Notes: generated by a model from the sequence alone, not told the origin. A stretch of DNA of 64,000 nucleotides from an uncultured Candidatus Saccharibacteria bacterium (GCA_964431415.1 CAYSJS010000006.1:252-64251); one strand, 5' to 3'. Positions 17,500 through 26,446 are shown, counted from the first letter of the stretch. Translations and numbers: made by a program.

Positions 17500-18799
17500 C
17501 CTTTCTGAACCGTAATACACCTTTCTTTATCTCCATTGTCGTCTCAAATCCTTCCGCCAGAGCACCCTTCTCAAATTCCGTTCCGCTACTCAGCACGTAT
17601 CTTGAATATTCTACTAACGGTACGCTTAAATTTACCTCAACTTTATAGTGGTTTAGCAATGTTTTCGTTACATAGTAATGCTTGTCGACCTTAGCTTGTA
17701 GCTTATTGGTGATTTTAATCTTCTTATAATTAGCTTCGATGAAGGTCTGAAGCAGGTCGCAAAGATTGTTTTCATTAATATACTTTTCTTTACAATTTGG
17801 ATCTTTACGCCTTGTGCAGTTGTAGTAGACGAATCGTTTTACGTCTCCTTTTTTCAATGTCTTAAACTTCTCCTGTGCGGTAATATCTGCCCCGCATTGT
17901 CCGCATTTCAGTAATCCTCGGAATGCGAATGCTTTCGATCCCCAGATGCCTTTGTTAACGCCGCGAGTTTGCTGCACAAGATCGTATAACTCTTTAGAAA
18001 TGAGCGGTTTATGAGCCCCGTCATACCAAGGAGCATCAGGGGCTTGCGGATATTGAAACTTTCCGTAGTAGAACGGGGTCGTCAATATTACAAGTACTTG
18101 GCTCACACTTACTTGCTTACCGGATCTGTTAGTTAGACCTTGTTCGTCTAACCACGCCTTTATTCTTCGACCGCTCCATCGCTCATAGCCAGCTTTATGA
18201 AATGCTTCTCGTACTAGGTCGGCACGCTCAGGGTCAAGAACGATATCGTTGATGCCGCCTAATGCTCGATTCATATAGCCGAGTGGGGCAACGCCTGGAC
18301 GCCAACCCATTTCACATTTTGTCCTAATACCACGTTTTACATTGATACTCTTATTGTCATTCTCGAGTTTTGCTTGCGAGCACAATATCATCAGTAAGAA
18401 TTTTTCATTTGGGTTATTCGTGAAGGTTTGCGAATAAGTTCTTATGTGCAGTAATTTACCTTGATCCATGAGATCAACGACTGCTCCTAAGTCCCCCGCA
18501 TTTCTGCTTAGTCTATCGGGCGCCCATGTGAGAATAGCGTTATATTCTTCACTAGCTAAACCTTTTAGAAGTTTGTTATATACCGGGCGCTTGCCAGAGT
18601 CTTTCGCAGAGTGGCTCTCTTGTAATTCACAGACTACGTTAAGACCTTCATTCTCCGCAAGTGAACGCATCTCGGCCAGTTGCGAGTCGATGCTCATCGC
18701 TTGACGTTCGTCTGATTCACTCGATTTTCTAGCATACAGGCAGTACTTGAGTTGGATTTCTTTTTCCATCAAGGACAAAGGTACCGCAATATTGGGCAA
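17492..18799 (-). CDS. Large serine recombinase (resolvase catalytic domain, recombinase domain, zinc ribbon)
   Basis: YCLYARKSSESDERQAMSIDSQ (catalytic Ser region), LTWAPDRLSRN, central recombinase domain, and CGQCGADITAQEK...YYNCTRRKDPNC zinc ribbon. The real start may be the internal MEKEIQ. Confidence 0.85.
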   Translation of the reverse strand: MPNIAVPLSLMEKEIQLKYCLYARKSSESDERQAMSIDSQLAEMRSLAENEGLNVVCELQESHSAKDSGKRPVYNKLLKGLASEEYNAILTWAPDRLSRNAGDLGAVVDLMDQGKLLHIRTYSQTFTNNPNEKFLLMILCSQAKLENDNKSINVKRGIRTKCEMGWRPGVAPLGYMNRALGGINDIVLDPERADLVREAFHKAGYERWSGRRIKAWLDEQGLTNRSGKQVSVSQVLVILTTPFYYGKFQYPQAPDAPWYDGAHKPLISKELYDLVQQTRGVNKGIWGSKAFAFRGLLKCGQCGADITAQEKFKTLKKGDVKRFVYYNCTRRKDPNCKEKYINENNLCDLLQTFIEANYKKIKITNKLQAKVDKHYYVTKTLLNHYKVEVNLSVPLVEYSRYVLSSGTEFEKGALAEGFETTMEIKKGVLRFRKAT

Positions 18800-18844
18800 A
18801 GTCTAGCTGTAATTACACCTATAAAACAGATATAATGGTCAGTA

Positions 18845-21800
18845 ATGGAAGAGTCAGATAATATACGAGCCATTCATGCAACATTCTCTTACGGAGTAGT
18901 TTACGTTTATTCAATCCCGGGCGATCAACATAAGGGTCGTTTGAAAATCGGTGGTGCGACTCTGACCGCAGAAAAACCTACACAGCAATCTATTGATGCA
19001 GCTGCTCACGAACGCATAAAGCAGCAAACAAAAACTGCAGACGTGCCGTATAAGCTTGAGCACGCCGAGCTGACAGTTAGCAATAATGGGACTTACTTCT
19101 CTGATTACGATGTCCACGAAATACTAAAAAGATCAGGTTACGCCCGTAAATCAGAAAACACTAAAAACGCACACTCAGAATGGTTTGAAGTTAGTTTAGA
19201 AACAGCGAAGAGTGCGATCCAAGCCGCAAAAGAAGGACGAGAGGCTCTCACTACTTTAGAAAAAACTGGAACTAACAATTTTGAGTTTCCATTCCGCCCA
19301 AATCAACGTGATGCCATAGACAAAACAACCAAAGCTATTAAGCAGCACCGCAAACATTTTCTTTGGAATGCAAAGATGCGCTTCGGAAAAACATCTGCTG
19401 CTATGCAGGTAGCCAAAGAGAATGATATGAAAAAGATTCTCATCGTTACCCACCGCCCAAGTGTTAGTGCAGACTGGTATGATGATTTTAATAGGGTTTT
19501 TGCAGGTACAAACTATGAGTATGCTTCAAAAACGAAAGGGCAACAAATAAGCACTCTCGCAAGAGGCGACAAACCCTTCGTTTACTTTGCGTCACTACAA
19601 GATTTACGTCTTTCCAAACGAGTGGTAGAGGACGAAGCTGCCCAATCTCATGCCAGAGGATTTGATAAAAATGATGAGGTATTTGATACAACCTGGGACA
19701 TGCTCATTGTCGACGAGGCACATGAAGGTACTCAAAGTAACTTGGGTGATGCTACCTTTGCAAAAATCCCCGTTAATTTCACCCTACAACTTTCAGGCAC
19801 TCCATTTAACATCCTGCACAAACACGAGGAAAATGAGATTTATACCTGGGACTACGTCATGGAGCAAGAAGAAAAGCTGCACTGGGATGAACGTCATCAA
19901 GGTGTGCCTAACCCGTATGTAGAACTTCCTGCTCTTAGTATGTTTACCTATGACATAGACAAGTTCGCTAGTCATATCGGTAGCTTGGGCGAAAACTTTC
20001 ATGACGCGCTAGATGGTGCATTTAAGTTCCACGAGTTCTTCCGCGTACACAGGGACGATGACGGAAACGAGATTGCTGAATTTGTGCATGAGCAAATGGT
20101 CAAAAAGTTTCTTGATTTGTTAGTAGATAGCTCTATTCATACCAAGTTTCCGTATTCATCAGAAGAATATCGTAATCACAATAAACACTCACTCTGGCTG
20201 TTACCTAATCGTGTCAAAGTTATTGAAGCCATGGAAAAGCTACTTAAAGATCACTGGATTTTCGGATCCAACCAATTTGGGATAGTAAATATTTCAGGTA
20301 GCAATCGTGATGATGAAGAAGACAAAGACGCAAAAGACCGAGTAACGAAAGCTATCAAAAATCATGACTATACCATTACGCTAACGGGGCAAAGATTGAC
20401 TACTGGCGCATCTGTCCCGGAGTGGACGGCCGTATTCATGCTTTCAGACACAAGTAGCGCAACTACCTACTTGCAAACAGCATTCCGTTGCCAGACGCCA
20501 GCAAAGATTGATGGCAAACTTAAAACCCAGGGTTATGTATTTGACTTTGCACCAGACCGTACACTACGACTCGTCGCAGAGGCCATTGAGCTTAATCACA
20601 AATCTGGCAAAACTAATTCACCAGAACAAAAAGAAGCGATGAAACAATTTCTAAACTTCTGCCCAATCTTGGCTGCTGAAGGTGGCACGATGAAGCCATA
20701 CGATGTAGGCACCATGTTAGTACAGCTCAAAAAAGCCATTATTGAACGTGTCAGCAGGAATGGTTTTGACGACCCTAAACTGTACAATGACGAGTTACTT
20801 CAATTAGACGAACTTGCCCTCGAAAAGTTCAATGAGCTTAAGAAAATTGTTGGCTCTGCATCTGGTGAGCGAATAAACGAGATACCCGTTAATGACTTAG
20901 GTATGGATGAACTCGAGACCGCTAAAGCCGAGGAAGCCGAGCGTAAGAAGAAAAAGAAAGAACCGCTTACTCCAGAGCAGGAAGAAGCACTTAGAAGACT
21001 AAAAGAAGCTCGCGAGCAAAAACAAAGCGCCATAAGTATACTCCGAGCTGTCAGTATACGAATGCCGATGATGGTATACGGTGCTGACGTGTCTGTACGT
21101 GAAGATATAACCTTGGAAAAATTCATTGATCTAGTCGATGAAACGTCTTGGCAAGAATTTATGCCCGAAGGTCTGACTAAAGAAAAGTTCAGAGGTTTTA
21201 TCAAATACTATGATGAAGAAGTGTTTAGTGGAGTCGCTCATAGCATACGAGCAAAAGCATATGATTATGACGAGCTTCTTCCGGCTGAACGTATTCAGGC
21301 AATTGCTAACGTGTTTGCGACATTTAAAAACCCAGACAAGGAAACAGTTCTCACTCCTTGGAATGTCGTCAATCTACAGCTGTCATCAACGTTAGGTGGT
21401 AATGATTTCAGATCGCTTGTTAAAGATAAACCCGAGTGGAAAACAGCCGGTCAAGCAACACAAATATGGTCTCAGGAAGATGCCAAAATTTTAGAAATTA
21501 ACTCAAAATCAGGACTCTATCCATTGCTTGCCGCTTATAACATTTACTCCCGGCAGCTTATCAAACACAAAAAGCCAGAGGATAAAATCCATAGGCATTT
21601 GTGGAACGAGGTTTTGTCAAAAAACATTTTTGTCATCTGTAAAACCCCTATGGCCAAGACTATTACCGAACGAACTCTTGCTGGCTATTCAAAAGTAAGC
21701 ATGAATATTGTCTATATAGAGGACTTAATAGAGAAACTACGTCAAGAAGACACATATAAGAGTTATACTCTAAGAGATGAGTTGCGTGAAAAATTCAAAG

Positions 21801-22798
21801 TTGAGGGTAGCGATATGAAGTTTTCTGCAGTCGTAGGAAATCCTCCCTACCAGGTTAATACTGACACTAATTTTTCGGTGCCGGTATATCATTTGTTTTT
21901 CAACGCTGCAAAAGATCTGGACCCAGATTATGTAAGCCTAATTCACCCTGCTAGATTCCTTTTCAACGCCGGGGCAACGCCAAAAGAGTGGAATGCTCAA
22001 ATGCTCAACGACAAACATCTGTCGGTTCCTTTATACGAGCCAGACTCTCAGAAAATATTTTCAGGAGTAGATATTAAAGGTGGTGTTTGTATAACATTCT
22101 GGGATAAGAACAATCCGAAAGGCGGTCTTGGCGGAACTTTTATAGCTTTCAAGGAATTACGCGCCATTTTGGCAAAAACTAAAACAGGTGGATTTGATCA
22201 AATTGTCGGATCGAGGGGCGGAACACGTGCTAAACGATGGCTAGATAGTTTTGATAGATACCGCTCCTATTTTCCTTCAAGTGTATTCACAACTAACGCA
22301 GACTTATTTTCCGAATCTGCAGACGACCAACATCAAATAAAGCTTGTGGGGCTGGTTAATAACAAACGCATTGAACGTTTTGTAAGCAAAGATCTCGTGG
22401 ATGATAAAGACTTACTGAAATGGAAGGTCTTTATTCCTAAGTCGAATGGTACTGGCGCAATTGGTGAAATATTAAGTACACCCCTTACGGGGGAACCCCT
22501 TACGGGGTGTACTGAGTCTTTCATCCAAATTGGCTCGTTTGACAATAAGGATGAAGCAATGAACTGTATGAACTATATCAAGACTAAGTTTTGTCGAGCT
22601 ATGCTGGGTACACTTAAGGTTACACAAGATAATCCAAAAAGTACCTGGAAGAATGTACCTCTACAAGATTTTACCAATGCTTCTGATATAAACTGGTCGG
22701 AATCAATTGAAAATATCGACAAACAGCTATACGCAAAATACGGACTTAATGAAGAAGAGGTGGCCTTCATCGAAACTCGTGTCAAAGCCATGGAGTAG
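18845..22798 (+). CDS. 1317-aa fusion: GIY-YIG-like (T5orf172-type) N-terminal domain, SF2/ResIII helicase-type ATPase, Eco57I-type N6-adenine methyltransferase domain and TaqI-C-like specificity region
   Basis: aa 15-130: GVVYVYSIPGDQHKGRLKIGGAT...HSEWFEV. Helicase motifs AKMRFGKTSAAM (I), LIVDEAHEG (II), LQLSGTPF (III), YLQTAFRCQT (VI-like). Lys/Glu coiled linker. MTase motif I-like KILEINSKSGLY and motif IV FSAVVGNPPYQ. C-terminus ends ...IDKQLYAKYGLNEEEVAFIE, typical of Eco57I/TaqI-C families. Confidence 0.75.
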   Translation: MEESDNIRAIHATFSYGVVYVYSIPGDQHKGRLKIGGATLTAEKPTQQSIDAAAHERIKQQTKTADVPYKLEHAELTVSNNGTYFSDYDVHEILKRSGYARKSENTKNAHSEWFEVSLETAKSAIQAAKEGREALTTLEKTGTNNFEFPFRPNQRDAIDKTTKAIKQHRKHFLWNAKMRFGKTSAAMQVAKENDMKKILIVTHRPSVSADWYDDFNRVFAGTNYEYASKTKGQQISTLARGDKPFVYFASLQDLRLSKRVVEDEAAQSHARGFDKNDEVFDTTWDMLIVDEAHEGTQSNLGDATFAKIPVNFTLQLSGTPFNILHKHEENEIYTWDYVMEQEEKLHWDERHQGVPNPYVELPALSMFTYDIDKFASHIGSLGENFHDALDGAFKFHEFFRVHRDDDGNEIAEFVHEQMVKKFLDLLVDSSIHTKFPYSSEEYRNHNKHSLWLLPNRVKVIEAMEKLLKDHWIFGSNQFGIVNISGSNRDDEEDKDAKDRVTKAIKNHDYTITLTGQRLTTGASVPEWTAVFMLSDTSSATTYLQTAFRCQTPAKIDGKLKTQGYVFDFAPDRTLRLVAEAIELNHKSGKTNSPEQKEAMKQFLNFCPILAAEGGTMKPYDVGTMLVQLKKAIIERVSRNGFDDPKLYNDELLQLDELALEKFNELKKIVGSASGERINEIPVNDLGMDELETAKAEEAERKKKKKEPLTPEQEEALRRLKEAREQKQSAISILRAVSIRMPMMVYGADVSVREDITLEKFIDLVDETSWQEFMPEGLTKEKFRGFIKYYDEEVFSGVAHSIRAKAYDYDELLPAERIQAIANVFATFKNPDKETVLTPWNVVNLQLSSTLGGNDFRSLVKDKPEWKTAGQATQIWSQEDAKILEINSKSGLYPLLAAYNIYSRQLIKHKKPEDKIHRHLWNEVLSKNIFVICKTPMAKTITERTLAGYSKVSMNIVYIEDLIEKLRQEDTYKSYTLRDELREKFKVEGSDMKFSAVVGNPPYQVNTDTNFSVPVYHLFFNAAKDLDPDYVSLIHPARFLFNAGATPKEWNAQMLNDKHLSVPLYEPDSQKIFSGVDIKGGVCITFWDKNNPKGGLGGTFIAFKELRAILAKTKTGGFDQIVGSRGGTRAKRWLDSFDRYRSYFPSSVFTTNADLFSESADDQHQIKLVGLVNNKRIERFVSKDLVDDKDLLKWKVFIPKSNGTGAIGEILSTPLTGEPLTGCTESFIQIGSFDNKDEAMNCMNYIKTKFCRAMLGTLKVTQDNPKSTWKNVPLQDFTNASDINWSESIENIDKQLYAKYGLNEEEVAFIETRVKAME

Positions 22799-22801
22799 CC
22801 C

Positions 22802-23737
22802 ATGGTACCACGTACAGACATCGATATCCTAGAAAATAATCTTCGTCGCAAGGGCGACTTATTAGACATTTTGCTAGTAGATCGCACAACTGGAAAGAAT
22901 CTCCTGTGGGGCACGGATTCTTATTCTGGTAACGGCAAAGTATTTGGCTCAAAAAGCCGCATGCAGCCGGACTTAGTAACAGGCCTTTATGGTAAGCTCA
23001 TCCAGCCTCGCGCAGCCAAGAGTCGCGATGAGCAGCTTCGCCGTACGAAAGAAAAAGCTGAAGTATTCACACCACTCCGCATAGTACATGAAATTAATAG
23101 TACTGTTGATAGAGCTGCTGGCGCAAAACTTGTTAGCGGACACACATGGCAAGACTATGTGTCAGAACTAAAACTAGAAATTGCGTGTGGTGAAGCACCG
23201 TTTATTGTAAGTCGCTATAACCCTGTTGCACATGGTGTTATTATCAAGCTTGAAAACCGCGTAGGATTTTTAGACCAAAAGTTACGTGTTGTATCACACT
23301 ATTGCGATAAACCTAAAGATTGGCTGAAGTGGGCGAAGATTGCTTTTCAGAGTTCTTATGGATACGAATGGCAGGGCGACAACTTACTAATAGCTCGTGA
23401 AAATCTGTTATACACACTCATTGACTACTATAAGGATAAGTTCGGTCGCCGACCATCGCTATCAATTCAACAAGAGTTTGCAGAGATTATAAGTTGGAAT
23501 ATCTGGCAAATGGACGGCGTTAAATACGTCGTACCGATGAGCTGTAAGCACATAAACAGAGTTATACCTGGCGAACTTACGCTATTCGGCGAAACCCCTG
23601 ACATAGTCGAAAAAGATGAATGCGAGGGTTGTAAGTTTAACCGTCCCAAAAAGCATAATGGCCGTTATGCTCGTGTTATGGATTGGAAAACTGGTAAGTC
23701 GATAAAGTTTGTTGAGCTAGTTTCGCAGCTCGTTTGA
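22802..23737 (+). CDS. 311-aa methyltransferase-fold protein with motifs X and I but no recognisable motif IV (NPPY)
   Basis: KEKAEVFTPLRIVHEIN (motif X-like xxFTP), LEIACGEAPFIV (motif I-like ACGxxxF), SYGYEWQGDNLLIARENL (motif II/III-like), IISWNIWQMDG, a C-terminal Cys pair (CEGC), and no [DNS]PP[YFW]. Starts 4 nt after the 1317-aa gene. Confidence 0.55.
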   Translation: MVPRTDIDILENNLRRKGDLLDILLVDRTTGKNLLWGTDSYSGNGKVFGSKSRMQPDLVTGLYGKLIQPRAAKSRDEQLRRTKEKAEVFTPLRIVHEINSTVDRAAGAKLVSGHTWQDYVSELKLEIACGEAPFIVSRYNPVAHGVIIKLENRVGFLDQKLRVVSHYCDKPKDWLKWAKIAFQSSYGYEWQGDNLLIARENLLYTLIDYYKDKFGRRPSLSIQQEFAEIISWNIWQMDGVKYVVPMSCKHINRVIPGELTLFGETPDIVEKDECEGCKFNRPKKHNGRYARVMDWKTGKSIKFVELVSQLV

Positions 23738-23792
23738 GGGTTGGGTTGATCCTGAAAAATGCAATTAGAGCCATTGAAAATGGTGCTGACTT

Positions 23793-24617
23793 TTAATTGC
23801 TCGCAGCAGAATCGGAAACTTTGCATACCAAAATATCGGATGCGGTTTCGCTATCATCAACAACTACTGTGACTCTCTGGCCTACCTTAAGATCCGTTCT
23901 AGATGCGGTGCCTTTTGAACTTTTATACATTGTCCGATTCGTCAGCGTAATCGTCTGGGCGGTATTGTTATTACGATTGATGACGATGCTGCCATCGCCT
24001 ATGCTCGCAATCTCTCCTGTTCCTCTTGTGCCGTTACAAGGATCACCACTCTGAGGCGAGGTGGTCTCTGCGGGGCGAACCACTTGGCCTTTTGGATATA
24101 GGGCGTAAAACGATGCGCTGCACAGAACCAATATTGAAAGAACGGCAATTGCGACATACTTATATTTTTTTCTTTGGATCCAGTCGGCAAAAGCAAGGAA
24201 TGCCCAGTAGCCGGTCATAACACCGAGTGCGTTCAGAGTTACATCGTCGATATCGAATATACCGATGTGCAGTGCTGCTTGCATGACTTCAACACTAAGA
24301 CCGGCGGCTACTGCGACGGCGAAAGCCTTCTTCCATGTGATGTTTTTTAAAATGAGAGGCGCAAGAACGCCAAGCGGAACAAGCAGTGCAATATTGCCGA
24401 GCAGATTAACCCCCGCAATCACTAGTCCCTGATTTCCGAATAGGTAAGGAATGATGGTCGTAAATGGTACAAAGTTGGCTGCCCCGCTATTTGTTCCACC
24501 AATGTTAAACAGTAACTGCCCAACATGAATAGTTGGCAAATCTTTGAAGACCATTACTTTTACAAGCAGAATGCTATATAAAACAAAGAGAACTGCCGGG
24601 TATAAAGTTTTTTTCAT
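23793..24617 (-). CDS. VanZ-like membrane protein with an extracytoplasmic C-terminal domain
   Basis: FVPFTTIIPYL, NLLGNIALLVPLGVL, SVEVMQ, and IFDIDDVTLNALGVMTGY are typical of VanZ family proteins. Confidence 0.65.
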   Translation of the reverse strand: MKKTLYPAVLFVLYSILLVKVMVFKDLPTIHVGQLLFNIGGTNSGAANFVPFTTIIPYLFGNQGLVIAGVNLLGNIALLVPLGVLAPLILKNITWKKAFAVAVAAGLSVEVMQAALHIGIFDIDDVTLNALGVMTGYWAFLAFADWIQRKKYKYVAIAVLSILVLCSASFYALYPKGQVVRPAETTSPQSGDPCNGTRGTGEIASIGDGSIVINRNNNTAQTITLTNRTMYKSSKGTASRTDLKVGQRVTVVVDDSETASDILVCKVSDSAASN

Positions 24618-24769
24618 TTCTAATCGTAACCAGTCACAAGAACTGTATATAGGAATGCTGAGTTTAAGCTTAAAAAGAAAAGTTTAGAACCGCGGGGACA
24701 ACGCTAGATTTAACTATCACTTTTTGGCCTGATCTATCTTTACTGCAGGTATAACTTCCTCTTCCTCTA

Positions 24770-24794
24770 TCCGCCAGCTGGTTGGAGGCGGAGG
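24770..24794 (+). repeat. tRNA D-arm-like hairpin TCCGCC-AGCTGGTTGGA-GGCGGA (member b of a recurring hairpin family)
   Basis: Shares TCCGCCAGCTGG and GGCGGAGG with 12224-12241. The loop resembles a canonical D-loop. It is followed by GACGCTTGTTAAAAC, which resembles the tRNA-Asn anticodon arm GACGCTGTTAACGTC. Confidence 0.5.
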
Positions 24795-24867
24795 ATGACG
24801 CTTGTTAAAACTTGAGCTAGCCGAGAGTTACCGCGCCTTCTTTTTCGTTATGAGGTAATATAAATCT

Positions 24868-25401
24868 ATGAAATACGTAGTCTTGTTGAGAGGCATCAAT
24901 GTAGGTGGTAATAACAAAGTCGGCATGAAAGACTTGAAGCTTTCCTTGGAAAAAGCACGTTTTGCCAATGTTTACACGTATATAAACTCTGGCAACGTAA
25001 TACTATCGAGTAGCTTAGCAACGGGTGAGGTGAACGATTTGGTTGAAGTAACGATCAAACATGCATTTGGCTTTGATGTTTACGTGTTGGCTATACCAAG
25101 CGCCGAATTTCAGCGTATCGCAAAAGAGCTGCCTAAAACCTGGACTAACGATACTGAAATGAGATGCGATTGCTTGTTCTTATGGAAAGATGTGGACTCC
25201 CCTGACGTGTTAGACAGTTTGACGATCAAACCAGATATAGACCGAGTGAAGTATGTTCCCGGTGCTATATTTTGGTCTATAAACCGTGAGAATGTGACCC
25301 GAAGCGGCCTAGCCAAAATTATCGGCACGCCGCTATATAAAAAGGCGACCATACGAAATTGCAATACGGTGCGAAAGCTAACGGCCTTACTGAATTCATA
25401 G
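24868..25401 (+). CDS. DUF1697 family protein
   Basis: MKYVVLLRGINVGGNNKVGMKDLK is the hallmark N-terminus of DUF1697. Confidence 0.75.
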   Translation: MKYVVLLRGINVGGNNKVGMKDLKLSLEKARFANVYTYINSGNVILSSSLATGEVNDLVEVTIKHAFGFDVYVLAIPSAEFQRIAKELPKTWTNDTEMRCDCLFLWKDVDSPDVLDSLTIKPDIDRVKYVPGAIFWSINRENVTRSGLAKIIGTPLYKKATIRNCNTVRKLTALLNS

Positions 25402-25422
25402 AACTTACTTAATTACGGTCTC

Positions 25423-25448
25423 CTCCGTACGAGCGGAGTAGAGCGGGA
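25423..25448 (+). repeat. Hairpin CTCCG-TACGAG-CGGAG followed by TAGAGCGGGA (member c of the hairpin family)
   Basis: The same CTCCG...CGGAG stem plus TAGAGCGGGA and an A-rich tail as at 12223-12257. Confidence 0.5.
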
Positions 25449-25533
25449 ACAAAAAAGCCATTGATTCCATGTTTCGATTTTGGCCTTTTCTGCGCGTTCT
25501 AAATTGAACCGGAGTCAATGGTATACTCATCTC

Positions 25534-25806
25534 ATGGGCAGAGAACACAAAGCGCAGCGAGAACTTGCAGAGCAAATTGAAGAAGCTAAGTCGAAGATTA
25601 CGGTCGGTGCAGAATACTGGCATTATAAAAGCAGGGACAAAGTCTATAAAATTATTGGGTTGGGATTTTTTGAGGCTAATGAGGAGTTGTGTGTGATCTA
25701 CCAAGCACAATACGGCGAAAAGCTCACTTTCCTCCGGCCACTAACCATATGGCTTGAAAATGTCGAATGGGAAGGGAAGATTGTCCCCCGCTTTAATAAA
25801 ATATGA
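25534..25806 (+). CDS. DUF1653 family protein
   Basis: YWHYKSRDKVYKIIGLGFFEANEELCVIYQAQYGEKLTFLRPLTIWLENV matches the DUF1653 pattern. ATG at 25534 was chosen over the TTG at 25480 given in the track. Confidence 0.65.
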   Translation: MGREHKAQRELAEQIEEAKSKITVGAEYWHYKSRDKVYKIIGLGFFEANEELCVIYQAQYGEKLTFLRPLTIWLENVEWEGKIVPRFNKI

Positions 25807-25885
25807 GTCGGTAGATGACCGTTGGGTCTAGGCATTAACGGGTCAAGTTTTTGCTGAAAAAGGTGATTTGGTATAGTTTAAACGT

Positions 25886-26446
25886 ATGTCGCGCTTACCA
25901 ATATTTATTACCGGGAATCAAAACAAGGCCGACTATTTGTCGCGGCAGCTTGGCGTTGAATTGCCGCATAGGAAAATTGATTTGCTTGAGCTACAGTCAA
26001 CCGACCTGCACGAAATTGTCGCACATAAACTTGAGCAGGCATTTAGTGTATGCAAGCAACCAGTGCTCGTAGAAGATGTGAGCTTGGTCTTTAATGCGCT
26101 TGGCGATTTGCCGGGGCCATATATTAAGTGGTTTGTAGAGCATGCAGGCGATGAGGCGTGTTGTAGAATGCTCGACGGTTTTAAAGATCGCTCGGCCGTT
26201 ATTCGATGTACGTTTGGCTACTACGACGGCGAACGTATGGAGTTTTTTGACAGTGAACTGCCCGGTTCGATTGCAGATAGGCCGCGCGGCGAAAACGGCT
26301 TTGGCTTTGACAAATTTTTCATAAACGAAGGTATGGATATTACCCGCGCAGAAATGACCCAGGAAGAAAACGAGCGGACATATGCCGAAATGATGAAGCC
26401 GTTTAAACAGGTGCGCGATTTTGTGCGCACTCTTTCGGTTCAGTGA
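25886..26446 (+). CDS. Non-canonical purine NTP pyrophosphatase (HAM1/ITPA family)
   Basis: FITGNQNKADYL, VLVEDVSLVFNALGDLPGPYIKWF, and RGENGFGFDKFF closely follow the ITPA/HAM1 consensus. Confidence 0.85.
   Translation: MSRLPIFITGNQNKADYLSRQLGVELPHRKIDLLELQSTDLHEIVAHKLEQAFSVCKQPVLVEDVSLVFNALGDLPGPYIKWFVEHAGDEACCRMLDGFKDRSAVIRCTFGYYDGERMEFFDSELPGSIADRPRGENGFGFDKFFINEGMDITRAEMTQEENERTYAEMMKPFKQVRDFVRTLSVQ

Noticed and set aside
25405-25710. 101-aa minus-strand ORF opposite the DUF1653 gene
   Set aside because: It is antisense to an ORF with a recognisable family signature, has a hydrophobic low-complexity composition, and overlaps the hairpin/TAGAGCGGGA element.
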